The translations under genes and the position numbers were made by a program. A DNA stretch of 64,000 nucleotides, from the NCBI GenBank assembly GCA_965247115.1, contig CBDFGR010000003.1:416001-480000 (forward strand), written 5' to 3'. The stretch is from Myxococcota bacterium. Its GTDB lineage: Bacteria; Myxococcota_A; UBA9160; SZUA-336. Within the stretch, counting starts at the first letter, position 1. Each line of letters starts with the position of its first letter. The notes below the pieces were generated by a model that saw only the letters and a list, made by a program, of their open reading frames with translations, made no database searches and was not told the origin of the DNA. This document shows positions 29,453 through 39,643 of this stretch, piece by piece.

Positions 29453-30301
29453 ATGCTCCCGTCGATCCCCGCCGTCGTCGCGCTGACCGCTGTCCTGGCC
29501 CTCGTACCAGGAGGCGTGACGCTGGCCCAGGCTGGGCAGCCCGAGGAAATCGTCTCCTGCGTGGTGGCCAACATGCCCCAGGGAGACGAGCTTCGTTCCA
29601 TCTCGCTGACGACGCGTGATCGCGCGAACGTCGAGCGTGTGACTCGGGCAGACGTCTTTGCAAGGCACACGGGTCCGGGGTCGAGCCGGACGCTCATCAC
29701 GATGACGGAGCCCGCCGAGCTGGAGGGCTCCGCGGTGCTGATCCTGGAGGATCAGGGCAGCACAGACCTGTGGATTCACGCACCGGACGTCGGGCGAAGG
29801 CGCCTGGAGACGGGAACGGATCAGGCCCAGAGCCTGCTCGGGACGGGTCTTTCCTATGAGGACCTGGGCCAGCTCCTGGGTTTCGTGCGAACGGAGTCCG
29901 AGCGGCTGAGGCGCCTGGACGATGATTGGATCGGCGACCGCGCGACATTCGTGCTGGAGAGCACTCCCGACCCCGGAACGTCGGCGTACCAGCGCATCGT
30001 CACCTCGGTCGACAAGAAGACGTGCGTACCGCTGGAGGCGAAGCTGTACGAGAAGGTAGGTGCGGCCCCCCGCAAGGTAGCGACCACGGACCCGGACCAG
30101 ATCTTCCGCGTGCACTCCACCTGGATCGCTCACACCGTCACGCTCTGGGATCACCGAGACGAGAAGCAGACCGTCCTGCACATCGAGAGCGTCATGCCGG
30201 GCCTGACGCTCCCTGACGTGGCCTTCTCGCCCTCGAGCCTCGGCACGGTAAAGCCGAGAATCGACGTGGAGATCACGTTCGACCCGATCGAGATCAACTG
30301 A
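29453..30301 (+). CDS. Exported LolA-like outer-membrane lipoprotein-sorting family protein
   Basis: Signal peptide, EPAELEG.A.L, LLGTGLSYEDL, SAYQRIVT.VD. AGGAGG RBS. Confidence 0.65.
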   Translation: MLPSIPAVVALTAVLALVPGGVTLAQAGQPEEIVSCVVANMPQGDELRSISLTTRDRANVERVTRADVFARHTGPGSSRTLITMTEPAELEGSAVLILEDQGSTDLWIHAPDVGRRRLETGTDQAQSLLGTGLSYEDLGQLLGFVRTESERLRRLDDDWIGDRATFVLESTPDPGTSAYQRIVTSVDKKTCVPLEAKLYEKVGAAPRKVATTDPDQIFRVHSTWIAHTVTLWDHRDEKQTVLHIESVMPGLTLPDVAFSPSSLGTVKPRIDVEITFDPIEIN

Positions 30302-31187
30302 CCCGGTGAAGCACCGTTTCCGCGCTCGCCGAGGCTGCAATCGGCTTCTTCCCCTTTAGCTGAGTGCGGCGCATGAGGCGTCGACTGTTCGAGTCGAAGG
30401 AATCGCGGTGGTGCATCACTGCCCGGTTGTCCCACATCAGCACGTCGCCCACGCGCCACTGCTGGGTCCACGTGTACTCGGGAGACCCGACGTAGCTCCA
30501 GAGCTCGTCGAGCAGAGCCTCGCTGTCCTCGACCGACAGCGCCGGGATGTAGGCGAGCTGGCGGCGCTCGAGCAGCAGAGCTCTACGTCCGGTCTCGGGA
30601 TGCACGACGGTCAGCGGATGTACGGGGCCCGGTGCGTCTCGAGGATCGGTCGCCTCTTCGTGTCCCCTGCGCAGCTCGCCAGCGCTGTCGTGGGACGCGG
30701 TGTGCTTGAGGCTGAGGGTGGAGACGCGTTCCCGGAGATGTGCCGGAAGAGCGTTGTACGCGGTGTGCATGCTGGTGAAGCTGGTGTCGCCGCCGCTCGG
30801 GGGCACCTCCACCGCGTACAGGACACTGCCGCTGACCGGCTCCTCCACGTACGACAGGTCCGTGTGCCAGTGGGCCTCCAGCGCGCCGAGATCCCCGATG
30901 TGACGCCCGTCTTCCACGATGTTGGAAACGATGGCCACGTAGGGGTTCGGGAGCCGCGCCCGCTCCTCGGCGCTGATACGACCCATAGGTGCGTAGTCCA
31001 GCTCGCCGAAGTTCCGGCTGAACGTCATGAGCTGGTCGTCCGTCAACGTCTGCGCGCGAAAGCGCAGCACCAGGTGTCGGTTCCAGAGGGTTCGCAGCTC
31101 GGCGACCTCCTCGACCGACAAGGGGAGCGAGAGATCGAGATCCCGCACCTCGACGGCCAGATGCTCGCTCAAGCCAATGCTCTTCAC
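30294..31187 (-). CDS. TauD/TfdA family 2OG-dependent dioxygenase
   Basis: WHTDLSY, GGDT.F, HPETGR, WDNRAVMHHR. Confidence 0.92.
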   Translation of the reverse strand: MKSIGLSEHLAVEVRDLDLSLPLSVEEVAELRTLWNRHLVLRFRAQTLTDDQLMTFSRNFGELDYAPMGRISAEERARLPNPYVAIVSNIVEDGRHIGDLGALEAHWHTDLSYVEEPVSGSVLYAVEVPPSGGDTSFTSMHTAYNALPAHLRERVSTLSLKHTASHDSAGELRRGHEEATDPRDAPGPVHPLTVVHPETGRRALLLERRQLAYIPALSVEDSEALLDELWSYVGSPEYTWTQQWRVGDVLMWDNRAVMHHRDSFDSNSRRLMRRTQLKGKKPIAASASAETVLHRVS

Positions 31188-31269
31188 GACGCAGAGCCCT
31201 CCACAGCATGGATCTTAGCACTGGCCGTAGTGCTCTACGGCACCATCGCGCGCTTGCTCGTGTAGGAGG

Positions 31270-32124
31270 CTAGAGCTTCGCGATCACCTCGTTGCCCAGC
31301 ACCTCCAGTCCTTTGGTGAGACCATCGCGGTCGAAGGCCGGCGGCCAGCTGACGACGCGGCTCACGCCGAGGTCGCGCAGGCGCTTGATCGCGTCCGCAT
31401 TGCGGAAGCTCGCACCCGCGCTGATCTCGATCTCCGCTGGATCCCGTCCGATCCGAGCGCACTCGTCGTTCAGGACCTGAATCAGCTCGGCGATGTCGCC
31501 CCCGGCCGGGAAGAAGCCGTCTCCGCAGCGGGCTGCACGGCGGGCCGCACCCTTGACGTGCCCGCCGACGACGATCGGAACGCCGCCCGGCTGCACGGGC
31601 TTCGGGTTGGACTCGACCGCCTCCCAGGCGTAGAACTCGCCCTTGAACGCCTCTGCCTTCTCGCTCCAGAGCGAACGGATCGCGCGGATCGACTCCTCGG
31701 TACGGCCCACGCGCTCGTCGAACGGGACCCCGACAGCGGCAAACTCCTCGTGGAGCCAGCCGATCCCCACACCAAGGATCGCACGACCCCCAGAGAGTAC
31801 GTCGAGGGTTGCGAACTCCTTTGCAACGTAGGCGGGATGCCGCTGCGGGAGGATGATGACGCCAGTTGCAACGCGGAGAGTCTTCGTCACGGCCGCACAG
31901 AACATCAGGGGCAGCACGGGATCCGGAATCGACACGTCCTCGGCCCCCGGCATCCGACCACTGGGGCTATAGGGGTACTCCGCGGTGTAGCCGACGGGGA
32001 CCACCACGTGCTCCACACTCCAGAGCGACTCCACGCCCACGTCCTCGGCCGTCCTGGCCAGGTGCTCGAGGTTCTCCGGGCGCACGAACGGCCCGACGTT
32101 CACGCCTGCAATTCCGAACTTCAT
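31270..32124 (-). CDS. LLM-class F420-dependent oxidoreductase
   Basis: ESLWSVEHVVVP, DPVL, GVGIGWLHEEF, NPKPVQ, VGGH. Confidence 0.88.
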   Translation of the reverse strand: MKFGIAGVNVGPFVRPENLEHLARTAEDVGVESLWSVEHVVVPVGYTAEYPYSPSGRMPGAEDVSIPDPVLPLMFCAAVTKTLRVATGVIILPQRHPAYVAKEFATLDVLSGGRAILGVGIGWLHEEFAAVGVPFDERVGRTEESIRAIRSLWSEKAEAFKGEFYAWEAVESNPKPVQPGGVPIVVGGHVKGAARRAARCGDGFFPAGGDIAELIQVLNDECARIGRDPAEIEISAGASFRNADAIKRLRDLGVSRVVSWPPAFDRDGLTKGLEVLGNEVIAKL

Positions 32125-32256
32125 GAGACAGACCTCCGCTGGTTGTCAGACGCAATACTACTTCGCGGCCTGCCGCGCAGTCAGCCACAGCGAGGCATTG
32201 GAGTAGGCGCAACCCTTCGGGCGCACAGCGGTTGGATGCGGTGAAGGGAGCCGCGG

Positions 32257-32685
32257 ATGGTCCACGGTCGGGCACTTCTGGCGCTAGTGGTCCTTGCCGT
32301 CGCCGCTTGCTCGACGCCTCGCCCGGTCCTGTATCCCAATCTGAAACACGCCGAGGCCGGCGAGGAGATCGCGCAGGCCGACATGGACGAGTGTGTCGCG
32401 CTGGCGAAGGAGTTCGATGCGAACCCTCCGAGCCAGCCCGGAGAGGGAGTCACGACCGACGTCCTGGAGAGCGCCACCATCGGTGCCGCCACGGGCGGGG
32501 CGGTGGGTGCGGTGGTCGGCAACGCTGGCCGTGGCGCGGGCGCCGGAGCAGCCGGGGGCGCCGCCGGCTCCCTGGTGCGCGCAATTTTCCGAGGCGCCCG
32601 CGAGCGCAACAGCGAGACAACCTTCCACGTGTTCGTCGAGCGCTGCCTAGAGGAGCGGGGCTACGAGCTCCTTGGCTGGACCTAG
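32257..32685 (+). CDS. Glycine-zipper lipoprotein
   Basis: Lipobox VAAC, GAATGGAVGAVVG zipper, FVERCL.ERGY. Confidence 0.8.
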   Translation: MVHGRALLALVVLAVAACSTPRPVLYPNLKHAEAGEEIAQADMDECVALAKEFDANPPSQPGEGVTTDVLESATIGAATGGAVGAVVGNAGRGAGAGAAGGAAGSLVRAIFRGARERNSETTFHVFVERCLEERGYELLGWT

Positions 32686-32742
32686 CCTGGCTGGCTGCAG
32701 CCATGCGATGGCCATGTCACGAGTATTGTCGCTCTGCGAGCC

Positions 32743-33885
32743 TCAGGACTCGATCACGCGCGCGATCTCGTCTGCATGCGCGGCGGCGTCCGACTGCCCC
32801 AGCTCGATCATCCGCTCAACATAGTCTCCCTGAAACATGAGGATGCTCAGCAGGTCCGGACTGCTGCTCTCGCGCGAGCCGAGTCGCCGCGTGAGCGAGC
32901 GGAACAGGCGCGGTAGGCGCGGCTCGTAGTCGCGTGCAAGGACCGCGAGATCCTGCGACGGCCGCAGCACGAGCAGCTCGACCTTCCGCGGGCCGAGCGG
33001 CCCCGGCTCGGGGTGGTCTTCCAGCAGCCGATTGATCCGCTCGAGATGGATGGCGTCCTGGTCGAGCAGGTCGAGAAAGATCGAGTTGTAGAGCACACCC
33101 AGCACCTGGATCGGCGGCGGATAGCCGCGCACCGAGGGACGCGCGGCCTCTTCCCTGCTCCTGGTGTGACGTGTCGACACCGCGATCATGCGGCTGGCGC
33201 CCAGGTGCACCGCCGGGGCCAGCGGGGAGTGCAGCCGGATCCCGCCGTCGCCGTACCAGTCGCCCTCGATCTGCACGGCCGGGAAGAAGATGGGCAATGC
33301 AGCCGAGGCGATGACATGCTCGACCCGCAGCGAGCGCTGCACGCTCAGCCGCTGCGGCCGCTCCCAGGTATCGATCTGGCGACCCTGAAGCCAGGTGACC
33401 GTCTGACCGGTCGAGTACTTCGTCGTGGTGAGCGCGATGGCTCGCAGATCCCCCGAGGCGAGATTGCGCTCGATGCCTGGCAGAGCGCCGTCGCTGCTAT
33501 CGAAGCCGCGGGTCAAGAATTCCCTCAGGGGAGACGCGTCGACCAGACCTCGGACCTGTGGGAATCCGCGCCGGCCTCCCAGCACCGTAACCTGTGCAAA
33601 CCAGCGCAGCAGATGGCCGAGCAGGGAGACGCTGTCGACGCGGAAGACCTGCTCCACCGACACTTTGCACCAGAGCCGGGTGAGCCTCTCCACATTGGAA
33701 GCGAAGGACCCGGTGGAGTTCGCCAGGTGCGCGGCGTTGATCCCTCCCGCCGAGACGCCGGTGAGAATCGGCACGCGCAGGTCGGGATAGTAGCGCGCCA
33801 GGTGACGGAGGAAACCCACCTGGTAGGCGCCGCGTGCTCCCCCACCCCCGAAGACCAACGCGAGCTCGTTCTGCTCGGGATCCAT
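32743..33885 (-). CDS. Patatin-like phospholipase
   Basis: GGGGARGAYQ, GVSAG nucleophile, DGG motif. Confidence 0.92.
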   Translation of the reverse strand: MDPEQNELALVFGGGGARGAYQVGFLRHLARYYPDLRVPILTGVSAGGINAAHLANSTGSFASNVERLTRLWCKVSVEQVFRVDSVSLLGHLLRWFAQVTVLGGRRGFPQVRGLVDASPLREFLTRGFDSSDGALPGIERNLASGDLRAIALTTTKYSTGQTVTWLQGRQIDTWERPQRLSVQRSLRVEHVIASAALPIFFPAVQIEGDWYGDGGIRLHSPLAPAVHLGASRMIAVSTRHTRSREEAARPSVRGYPPPIQVLGVLYNSIFLDLLDQDAIHLERINRLLEDHPEPGPLGPRKVELLVLRPSQDLAVLARDYEPRLPRLFRSLTRRLGSRESSSPDLLSILMFQGDYVERMIELGQSDAAAHADEIARVIES

Positions 33886-34114
33886 GGCAGCCTACCCAGT
33901 CGACAGCGGGGGCTCGCCGGTCGGAGCGACAGGCGGCGCGGCGAAAGTCGGGGCGTAGGTATCGCTGCCGGGCTCTGCCATTGCCGCGATTCTCCCGAGT
34001 CGCCCCGGTTTTCTCAAGCTCGTTGTCGCAGGACTCAGTTCCCGGGGCAGCATGACCGATGAGTCCGCGTGGGCCGGCGAGCACCTCAGGAGCCGGCAAG
34101 AGGCAATCCCCTCC

Positions 34115-34711
34115 ATGCTCAAGCTCGTGGTCGTTGTGGGAATTCTGTCCGTAGCGGGCTTCTATACGTGGGACCTGCAAAAGGAGGTCCCTCAGCCCGA
34201 CGGAGCGCTGGTCCCGGGCGAACCACGCCAGATGAACATGCGCGAGGGCCAGGCGCAGTTCTACAAGGGCTACCGCCTGATCCCCCTTGCTCGTTTCTCG
34301 ATGGCCGCACGAGTGCTGAGTCACGAGCGCTACCACTTCGGCCGAGCGGCCGACCTCGCCCCGGTCGACCTGGCCCTTGGCTGGGGACCGATGTCCGCCA
34401 ACCGGATCCTCGACAAGATCGACATCTTCCAGAGCGGCCGCTTCTACTTCTGGAACGCCTCGAGGCTGCCGATCCCGAGCTCGGAGATCTCGCGGTATAG
34501 CGCCAACATGCACATGATTCCCGGGAGCCAGACGATCGCCAAGGAGATCAAGCGCGTACGCACCGGAAACGTTGTCGAGTTCAGCGGGTTTCTGGTGGCC
34601 GCCGACGCTCCAGACGGCTGGACGTGGCGCAGCTCGCTCAGCCGGATGGACCGCGGCGACGGCAGCTGTGAGCTGGTCTACATCAAGCACTTCCGCATTC
34701 GCGAGATATAG
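34115..34711 (+). CDS. Conserved hypothetical membrane-anchored protein
   Basis: N-terminal TM helix; LAPVDLALGWG, SANMHMIP, WRSSLSR.D.GDGSCE motifs. Alternative start at 34052. Confidence 0.65.
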   Translation: MLKLVVVVGILSVAGFYTWDLQKEVPQPDGALVPGEPRQMNMREGQAQFYKGYRLIPLARFSMAARVLSHERYHFGRAADLAPVDLALGWGPMSANRILDKIDIFQSGRFYFWNASRLPIPSSEISRYSANMHMIPGSQTIAKEIKRVRTGNVVEFSGFLVAADAPDGWTWRSSLSRMDRGDGSCELVYIKHFRIREI

Positions 34712-34718
34712 GACGGAC

Positions 34719-35303
34719 GTGGGACGTTTTCTGATACTCGCGGCGGTCGTGGCGCTGGCCTACGGGCTGACCAGCGTCGTCGTCGAGCGGGGTGGTCGGC
34801 TTCGCACGGAGGGACGAACAGTCCTCCTCGACACCCAGGACCTCGAGGTGCGCTTCTCCCGTCAGGCCCCCCTCTCCGACTCCTACATGCTCTTCGGAGG
34901 CATTGCGAGCCAGGTACGGAACAGCTTCACCCACGCCACGCTGGCGGCGCTCGGGATCGAGGAGGCGCGCCTGATCTCCGACCGCTATCCCGACTTCCAC
35001 ATGTGCAAGTCGCCCGGCGCCGCGAACGCAAAACGCCTGATCCAGACGCTCAGCTTCGTGGGCGCCAGCTCGGGCACCCGAAAGACGCTCGCGAAAGCCG
35101 TCGACGTGCACATGGAGCGGGTCCGGAGCGGGGGCGCCCGCACCTGCCTGACGATCTCCGGCGCAGACCTCGCGCTCGACTCGATTCGTTTCAGGGAGAA
35201 CGCCGCCGACATCACGGACCAGGTCCGCGGCAAGCTCGACGGCACCCGCTTGGTTCTCGCTGAGAGCGCGAAGATCGTCGACTGCGAGCCGCTGCTTCGC
35301 TGA
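34719..35303 (+). CDS. Hypothetical protein with N-terminal TM/signal helix
   Basis: Starts 7 nt after the upstream stop, with host-like codon usage. Confidence 0.55.
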   Translation: MGRFLILAAVVALAYGLTSVVVERGGRLRTEGRTVLLDTQDLEVRFSRQAPLSDSYMLFGGIASQVRNSFTHATLAALGIEEARLISDRYPDFHMCKSPGAANAKRLIQTLSFVGASSGTRKTLAKAVDVHMERVRSGGARTCLTISGADLALDSIRFRENAADITDQVRGKLDGTRLVLAESAKIVDCEPLLR

Positions 35304-35337
35304 GCGCGGATCTGAACTCGTGGCGATACGCCGCCGA

Positions 35338-37230
35338 CTACGGGAGTCCCGCACTGCGGAGGTTCTCGACGTCCCCGGCCGGATCCGCGGCTCCGAAGAG
35401 GCCCGTGTCGTGCCCCGGTAGCGCGATGAAGGCCTGCTCCGCCGTAATGTCCGGATTCGTGCGCAGGATCTCCCGGGCCACCGTCCGGGCATCTGCATGC
35501 CGCCCGATCTTCTCGTAGTAAATGACGAGCGGGATACGAGCGAGGACCATGTGGGGATACTCCGCACGGACGCGCTCCCATAGCTCGACGGCTCGCTCGT
35601 AGCGGCCGACGGCGGCGTTCACGTACCCAACAAACATCCAGATGGCCGACGGCGCCCGGGGATTGAGGCGAAGCGTAGCGGCCAGCGTCTGGCCCGCCGC
35701 CAGGTAGCTGCCCACCTCGAACTGTGCGACGGCGAGAAGGACCCGAGAGAACTCGTCGTTCGGGTTCAGCTCGACTGCTCGCTCTGCAATCGCGAGAGCC
35801 TCGTCGTGCCGACCTGCATGCATCTCCACCTGCGACAGCAAGCGATGCCCGTCCGCAGCGGAAGGCTCGAGCTCGAGCGCTCGCCGGGCGTGGCGTCCGG
35901 CACGCTCGATCAGCTCCGGATCGAGGCTCCACAGCAGGCCGTACTCGAGGAAGTAGGTCATTCCGAGCGCGGCATGGGCCTCCGCGTAGTCGGGATCGAG
36001 CTCAACCGCGCGCTGAAACAGCGCGCGGGCCCGCGCGTTCGCGTCGGGCGTGAAGTGCTGGATCTCGAAGGAGCCCTGCAGGGAGGCATCGTAGGCGGTC
36101 AGATCCTCCGTCGGCTTGCGCCGCACACGTTCGAGCTCGGCTTCCAGGATCTCGACCCGGAGCGCGCGCTGGATGGACTCTGCGATCTCGGACTGCACCG
36201 CAAAGATGTCGGCCAGGTCGCGGTCGTACTGCTCGTTCCAGAGCTGGAAGTCGCTGGTCGCGTCGATCAGCTGGGCCGCGATGCGCACGCGGTCCTCGGC
36301 CCTGCGCACACTCCCCTCGATCACGTAGCGCACTCCGAGCTCGCGGCTCACATCTCCAAGCCGCACGCTACGACCCTTGTAGCTGAAGGCGGAGCTGCGC
36401 GAGATCACGAAGAGACCCGGATTGCGCGCGAAGGCGGCCGTCAGCTCCTCCGTGATCCCGTCGCTGAAGTAGTCCTGGGCGGGGTCGGCGCTCATGTTCG
36501 CAAAAGGCAGTACGACCAGTGAGGGGCGGTCCGGCAGCGGTGGCTCGACTGGAGGACCCAGTACCCCTGCCCGGTCGAGCGCGTAGGCGAGGGGTCGCGG
36601 CCAGCTCGCCCAGAGCCCGAGCGCAAAGACCAGGAGGATGGCCGCCGCGCCGATCAGGGAGGAACGCCGTCGCCGCTGGCTGGAGTCAGCGCGAGTCTGG
36701 TTCTCGCTCCGCCCGGGCGCAGTCGCGGCGCCGCTCACCGCGTAGGCGCTCACCGGGCGCCCCACGTTCTTCAGCTCCCTCTCTCCCAGAGACTGGGTGT
36801 GGATACCCGGCTGGTTGCGGATCGACTGCTGCACCTCCTGCGTGACCACCACTCCGCCCGGTTCGGCCAGAGGGCGAACGCGCGCCGCGAGGTTTACACC
36901 ATCTCCGCGCACTTCTCCGTTGGCGAACACGACGTCGCCGGAGTGCACACCGATCCGAACGCGAAGCTCGGAGTCATCCTGCAGCGCCTCCTGCACCGCG
37001 AGCGCACAGTTCACGGCAGCCAGCGCACTCTCGAAGGTGGATAGAGTCTCGTCGCCGGGCGCCTCGATGCTGTCGCCCTCGTAGCGTTCGACAAGCGCAC
37101 CGACGACCTGGCGGTGGCGCTCGCGCACGCGGACTCCGAGCGCCTCGTCCTCCGCCATGAGGGCCGTGTAGCCCACGATGTCAGTGAACATGACTGCGGC
37201 GAGTCTTCGCCTGTCCCTATCTCCGCTCAC
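35338..37230 (-). CDS. Class III nucleotide cyclase + TM + TolB-like N domain + TPR repeats
   Basis: FTDIVGYT, GD, RIGVHSG, GDGVNLAAR, LKNV; VLPFANMS..QDYFSDGITEE; TPRs. Confidence 0.88.
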   Translation of the reverse strand: MSGDRDRRRLAAVMFTDIVGYTALMAEDEALGVRVRERHRQVVGALVERYEGDSIEAPGDETLSTFESALAAVNCALAVQEALQDDSELRVRIGVHSGDVVFANGEVRGDGVNLAARVRPLAEPGGVVVTQEVQQSIRNQPGIHTQSLGERELKNVGRPVSAYAVSGAATAPGRSENQTRADSSQRRRRSSLIGAAAILLVFALGLWASWPRPLAYALDRAGVLGPPVEPPLPDRPSLVVLPFANMSADPAQDYFSDGITEELTAAFARNPGLFVISRSSAFSYKGRSVRLGDVSRELGVRYVIEGSVRRAEDRVRIAAQLIDATSDFQLWNEQYDRDLADIFAVQSEIAESIQRALRVEILEAELERVRRKPTEDLTAYDASLQGSFEIQHFTPDANARARALFQRAVELDPDYAEAHAALGMTYFLEYGLLWSLDPELIERAGRHARRALELEPSAADGHRLLSQVEMHAGRHDEALAIAERAVELNPNDEFSRVLLAVAQFEVGSYLAAGQTLAATLRLNPRAPSAIWMFVGYVNAAVGRYERAVELWERVRAEYPHMVLARIPLVIYYEKIGRHADARTVAREILRTNPDITAEQAFIALPGHDTGLFGAADPAGDVENLRSAGLP

Positions 37231-37461
37231 TCATGTTTCCTGGCTTGAGCTCGGCGGGAGGATCCAGACGAACTTCAACCGGCATGCTCGGGCCCTCCTG
37301 AAAGGTCCGATTCTATGCGCGTTGCCCTGGGGCTGCTCGCCGGCAGAGCTGGCTCCTCGCGCAGCAGGGTTCCGAGAGCGGGCGGAGCTGGCCGCGCCAG
37401 ACGTCGATGTCGCGGGGAAGGCGAGCTTATCGCCCCCGGACGCGCTTCACTTCCCTGCACA

Positions 37462-38907
37462 GTGCGTACGTTTGCAGTCGCTCTCTGCCTCGGCCTCATG
37501 GCGACGGGAGCCGCCGCCGCGATCGAGCTCGAGGACTGCCAGGTGTCCGGTCCGGGCGGGTTCGGCCGCCTGGCCGCCCGCTGCGGCACGCTGGAGGTCC
37601 CTCTGAACCCAGCCGAGCCGGAGGGTCAGAAGATCGGGCTCTTCGTCGCCGTGGTTCCGGCGCTCTCCAAGGTCCCCGAGCCGGACGCATTCACCGTGAT
37701 CGCGGGCGGGCCCGGCCAGGCGTCGACCGAGTTCTACGTGGGTGTGGCCGGCAGCTTCGAGCGGATCCGGCGCGAACGCGACATCGTCCTGGTCGACCAG
37801 CGCGGGACCGGTCAGTCCAACGCGCTCGAGTGTTCCTCGGAATCGGCAGGCCTGGACGCCTCGAGCCCTGAGCGAGTTCGCGAGGAGACGGCGCGCTGTC
37901 TGGAGCAGCTTCCAAGCGACCCGCGCTACTACACGAGCAGCGTGGCCGTGCGCGACCTGGAGCTGGTCCGAGCTGCGCTCGGCTACAACAGCTGGAACCT
38001 GTACGGGATCTCGTACGGCACGCGCGTCGCCCTTCACTACCTGCGCCGCTACCCGGAGACGACCCGCAGCGTGGTGCTCGACGGTGTGGTGCCCGCCGAC
38101 ACCGTCCTTGGACCGCACATCGCGCCCGACGCACAGGCCGCGCTCGACGCCATCTTCGCGCGCTGCGCTGCAGATCCCGGCTGCAGTGCGCGCTTCCCCG
38201 AGCTTCCAAGTGCCTTTCGGGAGCTGCTGGAAGAGCTGCGCGAACGGCCCGTGCCCCTGAACGTCGCGGACCCCCTGGACGACACGCCCATCGAGCTGCT
38301 GTTTGGCGTGGAGCAGCTCGGGCTGGCCGTCCGCCTGCTCAGCTACGCGTCCGAGACCGCATCGCTCCTCCCCATCCTGATCTGGGAGGGTCGGGCGGGG
38401 AACCTGGAACGACTGGCCCTGCAGGCACTCCTGGTGGCACGCAGCCTCGACGAGAGCATGAGTGGCGGGATGCACAACGCGATCGTCTGCACCGAGGACG
38501 CCCCTTTCTACAACGGCCGAACCGTCGACCGGGAAGCACTCGAGCGTAGCTACCTTGGCGCAGTGGCGTACGATCTGCTGATCGAGCTCTGTGCGCTCTG
38601 GCCGCGCGGAGTCATCGACGCGGGATTCAAGGAACCAGTGGTGTCGGAGCGGCCGGTGCTGCTGCTCTCCGGAGAGAACGATCCGATCACCCCGCCGGCG
38701 AGCGCCGAGCAGGCGGCCGCCACGCTTTCGAACAGCCTCCACATCGTAGGACCGGGGCAAGGGCACGGGATGGCGCCGCGGGGCTGCCTCTCTCGACTCA
38801 TCGCGGAGTTCGTCGAAGCAGGAAGTCCGACCGAGCTCGACCCGTCGTGCGCCGCCGTCCTACGGGCGACACCGTTCTTCGTACGCCGGACGGGACCGGA
38901 GCCCTGA
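37462..38907 (+). CDS. Secreted alpha/beta hydrolase (TAP-like peptidase family)
   Basis: Signal peptide, GGPG, DQRGTG, GISYG nucleophile, DPITP, GHG. Confidence 0.85.
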   Translation: MRTFAVALCLGLMATGAAAAIELEDCQVSGPGGFGRLAARCGTLEVPLNPAEPEGQKIGLFVAVVPALSKVPEPDAFTVIAGGPGQASTEFYVGVAGSFERIRRERDIVLVDQRGTGQSNALECSSESAGLDASSPERVREETARCLEQLPSDPRYYTSSVAVRDLELVRAALGYNSWNLYGISYGTRVALHYLRRYPETTRSVVLDGVVPADTVLGPHIAPDAQAALDAIFARCAADPGCSARFPELPSAFRELLEELRERPVPLNVADPLDDTPIELLFGVEQLGLAVRLLSYASETASLLPILIWEGRAGNLERLALQALLVARSLDESMSGGMHNAIVCTEDAPFYNGRTVDREALERSYLGAVAYDLLIELCALWPRGVIDAGFKEPVVSERPVLLLSGENDPITPPASAEQAAATLSNSLHIVGPGQGHGMAPRGCLSRLIAEFVEAGSPTELDPSCAAVLRATPFFVRRTGPEP

Positions 38908-38908
38908 G

Positions 38909-39643
38909 ATGATCGAGGTGCGCGAGCTCGGCAAGTCCTTCGGGACGGTCCAGGCCGTGGCCGACGTGAGCTTTCGAGCCGACGACGGTCGCATCACGGG
39001 ACTGCTTGGGCCCAACGGCGCGGGCAAGTCGACGACGCTCCGCATCTTGTGCTCCGTGCTGAAGCCGGACCGGGGCTCCGCGCTCATCGACGGTCAGGAT
39101 GTGGTCACGCACGCGCTCGAGGCCCGTCGCCTGCTCGGCGTGCTGCCCGACTCCTCCGGGCTCTATCCGCGGCTCTCCGCACGCGAGAACATCCGCTACT
39201 ACGGAGAGCTCCACGGGCTGCGTGGGCGGGCACTCGAACAGGAGGTGGCCGACCTGATCCGCCTGCTCGAGATCGAACCGTTCGCCGACCGCCGCGCCAA
39301 GGGCTTCTCGCACGGGGAGCGGCTCAAGGTGGCGCTGGCGAGAGCACTCATTCACGCGCCCCGAAACGTGGTGCTGGATGAGCCGACCAACGGTCTGGAC
39401 GTGATGGCCACCCGCTCTCTTCGGACCCTGATCCGTCGGTTGCGCGACGAGGGCAAATGCGTGCTGTTCTCGAGCCACGTGATGCAAGAGGTCGCCGCGC
39501 TCTGCGACGAGATCGTGGTCATCGCGCACGGGCGGGTGGTCACCCACGGAAGCCCTGACCAGCTGCGCAGCCAGATGGGCACGGCCGATCTCGAGGATGC
39601 GTTCGTGAGGGCCATCGGCAGCGAAGAGGGGCTGGCCCGCTGA
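38909..39643 (+). CDS. ABC exporter ATP-binding protein (NatA-like)
   Basis: GPNGAGKST, FSHGER, LDEPTNGLD, SSH. Confidence 0.88.
   Translation: MIEVRELGKSFGTVQAVADVSFRADDGRITGLLGPNGAGKSTTLRILCSVLKPDRGSALIDGQDVVTHALEARRLLGVLPDSSGLYPRLSARENIRYYGELHGLRGRALEQEVADLIRLLEIEPFADRRAKGFSHGERLKVALARALIHAPRNVVLDEPTNGLDVMATRSLRTLIRRLRDEGKCVLFSSHVMQEVAALCDEIVVIAHGRVVTHGSPDQLRSQMGTADLEDAFVRAIGSEEGLAR

Noticed and set aside
32743..37230. Patatin plus cyclase as a CBASS/Pycsar-like defence system
   Set aside because: They are separated by two opposite-strand genes. The cyclase has the common TolB-TPR signalling architecture and the patatin looks like a housekeeping type.
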